This document shows, one piece after another, positions 49,085 through 57,329 of a DNA stretch of 64,000 bases. The notes under the pieces were generated by a model that was given only the letters and a program-made list of their open reading frames with translations, was not told the origin of the DNA and did no database searches. Position numbers and translations under genes: made by a program. Position 1 is the first letter of the stretch. Every line of letters begins with the position of its first letter. Source of the DNA: Bacteriovoracia bacterium (GTDB lineage Bacteria > Bdellovibrionota > UBA1018 > JBFWNL01); contig JBFWNL010000003.1 in NCBI GenBank assembly GCA_050251055.1, positions 96,001 through 160,000 on the forward strand, written 5' to 3'.

Positions 49085-49111
49085 AGTATTCTAGCTTTTA
49101 CCGAACGGCGC

Positions 49112-50182
49112 TTAGGCGGAGCCGCTCATGCTGCCCATGTCCATCTCGGCGCCTTCGCGATTCTTCGCGGCCGGGACGATCATGCCGCGCTTGCGGAGTT
49201 TTTCCACAAGCGTGGTGCGGTTCATGCGGAGCAGTTCCGACGCCCGGTTCTTGTTTCCTTGCGTGCGGGCCAAAGCCTGGTCGATCAGGTGGTTCTCGAA
49301 AGCGGCGACGATGGCCTTGAGGTCCACGCCGACGTTCGGGAGCACCATGCGCGGGAATTCGTTTTCCGAGAAATCGGAGACGGCGCCCGTGCCGGCTGGC
49401 TTGGTTTCGGTGAACTTGCGGAAAATGCGGTGAGGCAGATCGCCCAAGTCGACGGAGCCTTGACCCTTCAGGATCACCAGGCGTTCGATCAGGTTCTCGA
49501 GCTCACGGACGTTGCCCGGCCAGTCGTAGGCCATCAACGCTTCCATGATCTGGCCGCTCGGGGCTTCGACGTTGTGACCGGTCATCGAGTTGAACTGGGC
49601 GATGAAGTGATTCACGAGCAGTGAGATGTCTTCCTTGCGCTCGCGCAGGGCCGGAATCTTCACGGGGATCACGTTCAGGCGATAATACAGGTCTTCGCGG
49701 AATTCTTTCTTCTGGACAGCCTCTTCCAGGTTGGCGTTCGTCGCCGCGATGATGCGAACGTCGGCTTGAATGGTCTTCGAGGAGCCGACTTGCTCATACT
49801 GGCGGGTCTGAAGCACGCGCAACATCTTCACCTGAAGGTGAAGGGGAAGGTCGCCCACTTCATCCAAGAAAAGCGTGCCGCCTTGGGCCGCTTCGAAACG
49901 GCCGATGCGGTTTTGGGTCGCGCCGGTGAAGGCACCCTTCACATGACCAAAAAGCTCGGCTTCCAGTAGCTCGCCGGGTATGGCGCCGCAGTTCACGATC
50001 ACCAGCGGCTTGGTCGCGCGCGTGGAATTTTCGTGGATGGCGCGGGCGACGAGCTCTTTGCCCGTGCCGCTTTCACCAGTAATTAGCACAGTGCTGTCGC
50101 TCTGCGCTACTTTCTGGATCGTACCCATGATGTTCTGGATTGCTTGGCTGTCCCCAACAAATAACGATTTCAAACTGAGCAT
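49112..50182 (-). CDS. Sigma54-dependent activator, FleQ/FlrA-like AAA+ and HTH, no N-terminal domain
   Basis: [41 protein letters not shown]-terminal RTTLVEK; ATG 50182 behind AAGGGGGG. Confidence 0.92.
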   Translation of the reverse strand: MLSLKSLFVGDSQAIQNIMGTIQKVAQSDSTVLITGESGTGKELVARAIHENSTRATKPLVIVNCGAIPGELLEAELFGHVKGAFTGATQNRIGRFEAAQGGTLFLDEVGDLPLHLQVKMLRVLQTRQYEQVGSSKTIQADVRIIAATNANLEEAVQKKEFREDLYYRLNVIPVKIPALRERKEDISLLVNHFIAQFNSMTGHNVEAPSGQIMEALMAYDWPGNVRELENLIERLVILKGQGSVDLGDLPHRIFRKFTETKPAGTGAVSDFSENEFPRMVLPNVGVDLKAIVAAFENHLIDQALARTQGNKNRASELLRMNRTTLVEKLRKRGMIVPAAKNREGAEMDMGSMSGSA

Positions 50183-50321
50183 CAATGCCCCCCTTTGACC
50201 CTTCCGTGAGTAACGTTTGAGTGTCATTTCTGCGTCGCCTTGGAAGACGCCGCGACAACTTCGTCCAACTCAGCCGTTCAACCCTTGAACCACTGATTTG
50301 TCAGACGTGCTGACATGTAAA

Positions 50322-50350
50322 AGGCTAAGCAAAACTTGCCGGGCTGTCAA
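50322..50350 (-). promoter_or_regulatory. Putative sigma70 promoter of the FleQ-like activator
   Basis: TTGACA-N17-TAGCCT. Confidence 0.6.
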
Positions 50351-50556
50351 AATTATTTCTTGAGAAAAATTAGCGACCTAAAAAGTCGAAGCTAAACATC
50401 AGGTTGAGGGTCGAAAAACTGTCGTTTTCTTTCCGCCACTCGAAATCGTCCCGATAGAGAATGCCAGAAATACCCCGCCCAGGCCTCCAGGTGGGTTTTT
50501 TGAGCGCGTTTTCTGACACATTCTCGAGCCTGGTTTTTCCGCATATAATCAGAGGC

Positions 50557-50973
50557 ATGAACGCTTTTCCCCGAGTTTGGATAGTCACCTTGGTCGTTTC
50601 GGCTTCCTGGCCTAGCTTCGCGGCCGACCTGGATCCGGCTCAAGCCGAAGCCTTAGCGAAAACGCAGGCTCTCCTCACCTCCCCGCCAGCAAGAGACAAG
50701 GCCGTGTCCGAAAGTCCCGGCGCTCAGAAGGCGGATCAAAATGTAAGGCATCTCCTAGGTAACGGCGGCAACGCCGAAGCGGCTTACGGGATTTCGTCCC
50801 AAGTTTTCGAGGAGCTGATTCGGGAGAATGGCGGGGATTCTGCCAAAGCCCAGGAGATCTTAGAGAACGCCCAGCGGGACCCGACGAGCTTCTATCAAAG
50901 CCTCAGCCCCGAAAGTCGGCAAGCCATCCAAGATTTGTCAAAAAAGGCAGGACAGGCAACCCACCAGCCCTAG
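50557..50973 (+). CDS. Hypothetical secreted helical protein
   Basis: ATG 50557 behind GAGG with TATAAT at 50544..50549; signal peptide ending SFA. Confidence 0.65.
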   Translation: MNAFPRVWIVTLVVSASWPSFAADLDPAQAEALAKTQALLTSPPARDKAVSESPGAQKADQNVRHLLGNGGNAEAAYGISSQVFEELIRENGGDSAKAQEILENAQRDPTSFYQSLSPESRQAIQDLSKKAGQATHQP

Positions 50974-50989
50974 CGAAGCCGCACGGGGA

Positions 50990-51652
50990 TTACTCGTTGA
51001 ATTCTTTCTTAAGCAGGACGCGGGTTTCTTCGAGGCGGCTCTTCAGCCCGGGAATCTGCTCTTGAAGCTCACGGATCTTCTGCTCGTGACTCCGGACCTG
51101 TGCTTCAGCGTCGAGTTGCTTAAGGTCGGTTTCGCGGATCTGCTTTTCGTAATCGACAATACTGAGCTCGATCGCTCGAATCTGCTGCGTGAGGGAAACA
51201 ATCTCCGCCTTCAGGGAAGTCTTGCGATCCTTGGTTTTTGGAATAATCAAGACCAGCTTCGGAGCGGGACGCGACATCCGCATCATACCCGCCGTCATCG
51301 CCATCTCTTCCGAGATCAGATGCTGCGCCACCATGTCGCCGCCGTAAGTAAAGCAAACGGGGATGAAATACTCATAGAGATCCGCGCTCGCGTTAAGCTC
51401 CGCCGGCTTGCCGACCGAATACTTCCCCTTCTGGGGTAGGGCGCTAACGTTAAAAACTTCCAGCTCGTAGGTCCCACTCAGCGTGTAATTTTCGGCCAAG
51501 ACACCGACCGAGAACGTACGCTGGGAAGTACGAAAGTAGATGTCCTGGGTGCGATCCGCCGTACACTCGATTTCCGGCTGGGCGAAGGCATTCACCGATC
51601 CGATCCACAATGCCAGGAACCAAAACACACGCGTCATAGTGATAGCCTCCAC
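50990..51652 (-). CDS. Hypothetical secreted protein with C-terminal coiled coil
   Basis: Signal peptide (AFA); heptad-rich C-terminus; start may be ATG 51637. Confidence 0.65.
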   Translation of the reverse strand: MEAITMTRVFWFLALWIGSVNAFAQPEIECTADRTQDIYFRTSQRTFSVGVLAENYTLSGTYELEVFNVSALPQKGKYSVGKPAELNASADLYEYFIPVCFTYGGDMVAQHLISEEMAMTAGMMRMSRPAPKLVLIIPKTKDRKTSLKAEIVSLTQQIRAIELSIVDYEKQIRETDLKQLDAEAQVRSHEQKIRELQEQIPGLKSRLEETRVLLKKEFNE

Positions 51653-51678
51653 AAAAACCTAGGACTCAACGTGGTCGG

Positions 51679-51708
51679 ACTGTACCACCGGTCGAACACT
51701 AAAGTCAA
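51679..51708 (-). promoter_or_regulatory. Putative sigma70 promoter
   Basis: TTGACT-N18-TACAGT with extended TGn. Confidence 0.5.
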
Positions 51709-51777
51709 CGCGATGCGTTATTTTCTAGTAGCTAAAAATAATAAATAAAAACAGATGTTTATCCTGAGGCAGAGAAG

Positions 51778-52665
51778 CTATTTCGAGTAGTCCCGCGTGA
51801 ATCCCACCGACCATTCACGAACTTCGACGCCCGGGGTGGCCCGCTCGGCGGCGACCGCGCGCTCCAGATCGCCATTCACCCAAGCCTTCTTCGGCTCACG
51901 CGTGAATTTGCGGTCATTCGCCACTAACCCTTCCTTGATCGCGATCACGAACGCTAACCGACGAATTCGCGTAGGCGCGGGCGTCACCCGCAACGGGGCG
52001 ACCTGGTCCAGCTGGGCTTGCGTTTGCGGGTAAACGCAGTACTTCGACGAGGGGGGCAGCTTCACGCTCCAGTAGCTCTCGAAGTCCCTCACTTCGAGTT
52101 CACGAAACCCCGCCGTCACGAGAATTTTCTTTAACCGTGGCATCAATTCCTGCCGGGTTACGCAAAACCCCGCCTCATCCTGCAACTTCGCGTCGTCGGA
52201 GCGGAAGTCGTAGAAGAAAAACCGATAGTCGGCGCCCGCCGTGCGCAGGGGTTTTTCCGCGGTGGCGGGCTGCAGAGTCGCCTCCCACCCCATCTGGCCG
52301 TGCGCGGGAACCGCCGCGAGCAACGTATTTTCCGTCGGAAGCTCCACCTTCACCTTCACTTCCGTGCCGGCCGGACCAGAAATATAGAGGTTGGGCTTGC
52401 CGAACATCACGTGCCCTTGGCCGGGGAAATACGTGGGATTGATTCCACCCCGGTTCCAAGCCGTGGGATAGTAAAAGTTAGGATAAGTCATGGCGCCGTA
52501 CCCCGCCCACCAGGGGTAGTTGGGGGGATAAAAAGAAGGCATGGCGTAGCTGCCATAGTTCGAGCGCATGCCGCAATAAGGGCAGTTGTAACCCATCTGG
52601 CCACCGACAAAGGCCAGTGCCGGCAGCGCGACGAAAAGCGAAAGAACCAAAAAGAGCTTTTTCAT
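51778..52665 (-). CDS. Secreted hypothetical protein of the KPxxY(L)Y-motif type
   Basis: Signal peptide; KPNLYISGP..EV.V.V, GW, Y.FFFYD, GFCV, GF...E..DF..YW, L.VTP.P...R, EW. Confidence 0.7.
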   Translation of the reverse strand: MKKLFLVLSLFVALPALAFVGGQMGYNCPYCGMRSNYGSYAMPSFYPPNYPWWAGYGAMTYPNFYYPTAWNRGGINPTYFPGQGHVMFGKPNLYISGPAGTEVKVKVELPTENTLLAAVPAHGQMGWEATLQPATAEKPLRTAGADYRFFFYDFRSDDAKLQDEAGFCVTRQELMPRLKKILVTAGFRELEVRDFESYWSVKLPPSSKYCVYPQTQAQLDQVAPLRVTPAPTRIRRLAFVIAIKEGLVANDRKFTREPKKAWVNGDLERAVAAERATPGVEVREWSVGFTRDYSK

Positions 52666-53009
52666 TGGGCGGCTCCCGACGGCGCGCGCTTGCCAGAAAC
52701 CAAATTCAGGGTAATTTCGTGGTTCTTATCCGCCTTCATCTCCACGACCTGCTCCACGAAACAGCCGGTGGAACCGGTGGCGACCACGTTGTACTTACCC
52801 GGATTCAAATGGAACTCGAAGGTGCCGCCGACGGAAAGATCGGCTTGGTAAAGCAGGGTCTGACCGGCCGAGACCCAGGTTTGCACCTGGCCGCCCGCGC
52901 ACTCCGGAGTCGCCGCAAGCTTGCCCGAAATCGCGGCGGCTCCCGCCGACGACGTGACCGCGACGCTTCCCGCGATGAAGACCCCCATCCATCTCCGAAG
53001 TTTTTCCAT
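52662..53009 (-). CDS. Small secreted prealbumin/carboxypeptidase-regulatory-like beta-sandwich protein
   Basis: Signal peptide; ISGKL, GTFEFHLNPGKYNVVAT; ATGA overlap with the next gene. Confidence 0.65.
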   Translation of the reverse strand: MEKLRRWMGVFIAGSVAVTSSAGAAAISGKLAATPECAGGQVQTWVSAGQTLLYQADLSVGGTFEFHLNPGKYNVVATGSTGCFVEQVVEMKADKNHEITLNLVSGKRAPSGAAQ

Positions 53010-53089
53010 CTCTCGCCTCCCCCGGAGATAATAACCTAATTCGGTTCAATGTTCTTTTTTGTTCAAAATAGGCGAGTTAAAATCTAAGC

Positions 53090-54967
53090 ATGTCAAAAAT
53101 CAGACAGATTTCCTTACGCACGGCACTGCTCTTCTTGCTACTTTTGACCATTATTTATGCCGCTTTTCGCTCGATTTCCGATCGTTCCAGCGAAGTGATC
53201 GGCTGGTTTGGCACCCGTTCCTCTCCCGAGGTTTTGATTTTGAGTGGTAGCCGCATGCTCTGCGACGTGGCAGCAGAAAAAATCAAAGCGATGTCGCCCG
53301 CGGAAAAACAAAAACTCTTACCGTTCTTCACGGCCGGGGAAAACTGGACCCTGAAGGACTTCGACCAAAAATTCCACCGCCCTTGGTGGCTGGACTACCT
53401 GCTGATTGGAGTGGACGAGGCGACGGGCACCGGCCAAACCACGGGCTATCTCGCCATGAACTGCTTCGATCGGGCCGCGGCGGAAATGGCTCCCGTGGGA
53501 TTGAACGAGCTGTTTCGCCGCAGCTTCGAGAACGTGCTCCGCCCCGGCGGTTCCAACCGCGAATACCACTACCTGCAAAACCGCTTCGTGGAAGTGGCGC
53601 CCGAGGCGTGCGCCACGGTCCTGGTCGAGCTGCTTGACTCGGGAAAGTACCAAAATATGGAATCCATTTTGCTCACGCAGCTGGTAAAGGCCGGGCCGCC
53701 CGGTTTCGCTTGGGCGGCGGCCCAGCTCAAATCACTCGCCCCCTACGTAGAGACCGAAGCCGCGGGCAATCCCCCGTTTCCCAACGGAGGCCCCCTCGTG
53801 GGCGATTTCGCGCGCCACCAGACGCTCGTCAGCTTTTTCATGACTTGGGGAGCCGCCGTGTACACCGACAAAGATCGGGCCGCCTTCCAAGACTTCCTGG
53901 ACCAACGTTCCCCCTCCGAGCAAATCTTTGTCATCCGTCACGTCGCAGGCGCCGCCAATTCGCCGAAGGAAAAACTACAGCCCCTCGCGAACCTGGCGGC
54001 CAAGCTGACGGAATCCACGACCCCCGCCATACGGGAAGCCGCGCTTCGCATCCTGAAACTACCCGCCTTCAACCGTGGGGACATGCCGGAACTGGTGGTG
54101 CCCCGGCTACAACGCTTATTCAACGAATTCAACGGTGCAGATATAGCGGGCCTTCGCGTGGTCGAAGAAATCACCCGAACCTTAGAAGGACTGCGCACGC
54201 AGTCGACCTCTTCGCCCGTCTATCTACTGCTGAAGCCCCACCTCGAACTGTTCCTGAAAAGGTTCTTCAAAGCCGCCGATCCCAGCCTCGAGATCAATCA
54301 ACGCTTTATGGGCGCCGTAGCGAGCGGCCCCCACGGTGACGCTTTCTTGCCAACGTTCACAGAGCTCCTTAAGAATCCGCGCTGGCGGAAAACCGCGCTC
54401 AAAGCCGCGCCTCACTTTCCAAAATCTCAACCCGCGCTGATCCAAGCCCTTGTCATCGGCTTTCCGAAATACACCGTGGAAGAACGAACTTACGCACTGG
54501 GAACGATCCAAAGTCTCGCAATCCGGTACCCCAACCGTCCGTCTGACGTGTTGGACATGAAGTCGCTCGATCTGATCTTCGGCGCGACCGCGCCCGAAGA
54601 TGACCAGAGTACCCTGCAAGCCTATCTACAGCTCGCAAGCTCCCTTGGAGATCTCTTCTTGGTGTACGCCCGCGACTGGGTGAAACGAAAAACCCGTCCC
54701 GACACTAGTATTTTGGTTTTATACGCTTGGTCCCGCAGAACGCCGCTCGCGGAGGACTTTGTCCCGACTTTGCTGAAGTGGCGCGCCACGAACCGCCCTC
54801 GCTGCGATCAAGCGCTGAAAAATTTATACAACTATTTCGCGTATAATTCCGAACGACGTCCGACGGCGGAGAAGATTCGCGCCGGGATGGAAAGCTGCTT
54901 ACCTCCGCCCCAAACCGACCCGCTCACCGAGGACGCCCACCTCCAGGCCGACGACCACGAAGACTAA
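53090..54967 (+). CDS. Membrane-anchored helical-repeat (HEAT-like) hypothetical protein
   Basis: N-terminal TM; IREAALRIL, WRKTALKAA and ERTYALGTI helical repeats. Confidence 0.65.
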   Translation: MSKIRQISLRTALLFLLLLTIIYAAFRSISDRSSEVIGWFGTRSSPEVLILSGSRMLCDVAAEKIKAMSPAEKQKLLPFFTAGENWTLKDFDQKFHRPWWLDYLLIGVDEATGTGQTTGYLAMNCFDRAAAEMAPVGLNELFRRSFENVLRPGGSNREYHYLQNRFVEVAPEACATVLVELLDSGKYQNMESILLTQLVKAGPPGFAWAAAQLKSLAPYVETEAAGNPPFPNGGPLVGDFARHQTLVSFFMTWGAAVYTDKDRAAFQDFLDQRSPSEQIFVIRHVAGAANSPKEKLQPLANLAAKLTESTTPAIREAALRILKLPAFNRGDMPELVVPRLQRLFNEFNGADIAGLRVVEEITRTLEGLRTQSTSSPVYLLLKPHLELFLKRFFKAADPSLEINQRFMGAVASGPHGDAFLPTFTELLKNPRWRKTALKAAPHFPKSQPALIQALVIGFPKYTVEERTYALGTIQSLAIRYPNRPSDVLDMKSLDLIFGATAPEDDQSTLQAYLQLASSLGDLFLVYARDWVKRKTRPDTSILVLYAWSRRTPLAEDFVPTLLKWRATNRPRCDQALKNLYNYFAYNSERRPTAEKIRAGMESCLPPPQTDPLTEDAHLQADDHED

Positions 54968-55185
54968 CGTCCGAAGAACTGATCCAACCAACGGTCGGAG
55001 TTCATATCCCCGCGGTAAATGAACCAAATCAGGGTCAGCAACAAACAGAGCCCGGTCGTGAACCAAAAGAACCACTGCGTCCGGCTCTTTTTCCGTCGGA
55101 AATAGAGGCCGATATCGGCCAGGACAATGGCTAGAGGAACCGCCCAATAAGGGAAGAATCGTACTGCGGCGTAAATGAGTACCAT
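54964..55185 (-). CDS. Small membrane protein
   Basis: 73 aa with two TM segments; directly downstream of metK with SD-like AAGG. Confidence 0.7.
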   Translation of the reverse strand: MVLIYAAVRFFPYWAVPLAIVLADIGLYFRRKKSRTQWFFWFTTGLCLLLTLIWFIYRGDMNSDRWLDQFFGR

Positions 55186-55197
55186 CTACGCCTTAGC

Positions 55198-56367
55198 TTA
55201 CTTGAGTTTCTTGAGGTCGGCTACCTTATCGGTCTTCTCCCAGGTGAACTCCGGCTCGCTCCGGCCGAAGTGGCCGTAGGCCGCCGTCTTGGAATAGATC
55301 GGGCGGAGCAGGTTCAGGCTGGAGATGATGCCGGCGGGCTTGAGCTGGAAGTACTCGCGCGCGGCATTTTCCAGCACGTGGGAGGCGACCTTCTCGGTGC
55401 CGAAGGCGTTCACGTTCACGCTGACGGGTTCGGCGACGCCAATGGCGTAAGCCAACTGAACCATGCAACGGTCCGCGAGTTCGGCCGCGACGAGGTTCTT
55501 GGCCACGTAACGGGCCATGTAGCAAGCCGAGCGGTCAACCTTCGAGGGATCCTTGCCGGAGAACGCACCACCGCCGTGGGCGCCGTGGCCGCCGTAGGTG
55601 TCGACGATGATCTTCCGGCCGGTGAGGCCGCAATCGCCCATCGGGCCGCCGATAACGAAACGGCCCGTCGGGTTAATGAAAAACTTGGTTTTGTTGTCCA
55701 GGAATTGCGCGGGAATGACCTTCTTCACCACTTCCTCGATGAGCGCTTCTTGGATCTGTTTGTGCGTGACTTTTTCGTCGTGCTGGGAACTCACCACCAC
55801 GGCGTCCACGCGACGGGGCTTGCCACCTTCATATTCGATGGTGACCTGGGTCTTGCCGTCGGGGCGGAGCCAGGGGAGCGTGCCGTCCTTGCGGACTTGG
55901 GAGAGGCGCATGGCCAGCTTCTGCGAAAGATCGATCGAGAGCGGCATGAGCTCTTGCGATTCCTTGATCGCGTAACCAAACATCAGGCCCTGGTCGCCGG
56001 CGCCTTGCTCGCCCGCGTTCATCGCCCCCGCGCCAGCAGTCACGCCTTGGGAGATATCCGGCGATTGGCGGTCGAGGGTGACCATCACGCCGCAGGTCTT
56101 GTAATCAAAGCCCTTGGCCGAATCGTCGTAGCCGATCTTCTTGATGGTTTCACGCGCGATATGCGCGTAGTCCACGCGAGCGTTGGTGGTCACTTCACCG
56201 GCGATGACGACCAAGCCCGTGGTGATCAGGGTTTCGCAAGCCACGCGGGACTTGGGATCTTGCTCGAGGATCGCGTCGAGAACGGCGTCGGAGATCTGGT
56301 CGGCGATCTTATCCGGATGGCCTTCGGTGACGGATTCGGAGGTAAAAAGAGTACGATTAGTCGACAT
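55198..56367 (-). CDS. metK: S-adenosylmethionine synthetase
   Basis: [43 protein letters not shown]. Confidence 0.99.
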   Translation of the reverse strand: MSTNRTLFTSESVTEGHPDKIADQISDAVLDAILEQDPKSRVACETLITTGLVVIAGEVTTNARVDYAHIARETIKKIGYDDSAKGFDYKTCGVMVTLDRQSPDISQGVTAGAGAMNAGEQGAGDQGLMFGYAIKESQELMPLSIDLSQKLAMRLSQVRKDGTLPWLRPDGKTQVTIEYEGGKPRRVDAVVVSSQHDEKVTHKQIQEALIEEVVKKVIPAQFLDNKTKFFINPTGRFVIGGPMGDCGLTGRKIIVDTYGGHGAHGGGAFSGKDPSKVDRSACYMARYVAKNLVAAELADRCMVQLAYAIGVAEPVSVNVNAFGTEKVASHVLENAAREYFQLKPAGIISSLNLLRPIYSKTAAYGHFGRSEPEFTWEKTDKVADLKKLK

Positions 56368-56396
56368 AGTGAGCCTTTCTTATATAAGGTCCTAAC

Positions 56397-56426
56397 CGTG
56401 TAGCCCCGCCGGAGTGGCCTTGTCAA
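56397..56426 (-). promoter_or_regulatory. Putative sigma70 promoter of metK
   Basis: TTGACA-N18-TACACG about 30 nt upstream of the ATG. Confidence 0.5.
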
Positions 56427-56699
56427 TCAAGTAACTTGCAAATGCCCGCTCTAACGGCGAACCCCCTGCTCCCGTAGGCCAAGCAAGGGGGGGGGTAAAA
56501 AGCCATCCCGCACCCATGACGCAAGTGGCCATCTGTTTTTAAGCCGAAATCCAGGGGAGTTCACTGGTTTTTATCATCAGTATTTTTAATTAACTTTTAT
56601 AAAATCAAATCATTTTATTGCATGAGCGATCTTCGGTAGAACCCACTTGTTCAAACGGACGGACCGGCGCTGATGCCGGCCAGATTTAGGGGAACAAAT

Positions 56700-57218
56700 A
56701 TGAAAACCATGAATGCAGTAGCCGCTTCGATCGCCATGCTTGTGACCATCGGCGCTTCCGCGGAAGTGAAGCCGGTGGGTACACGCCTCGCGATCGAACA
56801 AGCCGAAATGAAGGTGACGAAAGCCACCCAAGTCTATAATCAACACGAAAACGTCGACCTCGTGTCTTATGAGTTCGTCGGTATGGAGAAAAAAGAAATC
56901 GACATGCATTTCACGATGCCGGACGCTCGCACGATGCCAGTCACTTTCGAAGTAAAAGCCGTGAAGGCGGCGGGCTGCGGATCCCAGCTTATCATCGCTG
57001 AAACGGCGCCGCCCGTGCACACCGGCATGAGCTACACCAAAGAGCGCCTGGAACTCGTCGATCACCGCACCCGCCTGTGCGAGGACTTCCGTCCTTATAT
57101 GTGGGAAGCGAAAGTGACGAAGATCCGCGTGACTGGATTCAAGGAAGCCGTGAAAGGGCAACTGAATCTCGTGGGCAATCCGGAAGCGCTCTTTCACACG
57201 ATGTCCGTCGAGCGCTAA
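56700..57218 (+). CDS. Hypothetical secreted protein
   Basis: ATG 56700 behind AGGGGA; signal peptide (ASA); GCGS...LVDHRTRLC Cys pair; AT-rich upstream region. Confidence 0.75.
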   Translation: MKTMNAVAASIAMLVTIGASAEVKPVGTRLAIEQAEMKVTKATQVYNQHENVDLVSYEFVGMEKKEIDMHFTMPDARTMPVTFEVKAVKAAGCGSQLIIAETAPPVHTGMSYTKERLELVDHRTRLCEDFRPYMWEAKVTKIRVTGFKEAVKGQLNLVGNPEALFHTMSVER

Positions 57219-57272
57219 TTCTCGGTTAGCTTGCTTAGCTAGAAAGACGGCGGCCATTCGAGCCGACTTTAA

Positions 57273-57310
57273 ACCAGCCTCCCCTACCGGGGAGGCTGGT
57301 ATTTTTATTT
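57273..57310 (+). terminator. Intrinsic terminator
   Basis: Perfect 12-bp stem accagcctcccc / ggggaggctggt, 4-nt loop, followed by atttttattt. Confidence 0.85.
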
Positions 57311-57329
57311 CGTCGTCGTCAAATCCGAC

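Noticed and set aside
56368-56600. SAM riboswitch upstream of metK
   Set aside because: No SAM-I/II core recognised; a sigma70-like promoter lies about 30 nt from the ATG, leaving no room.
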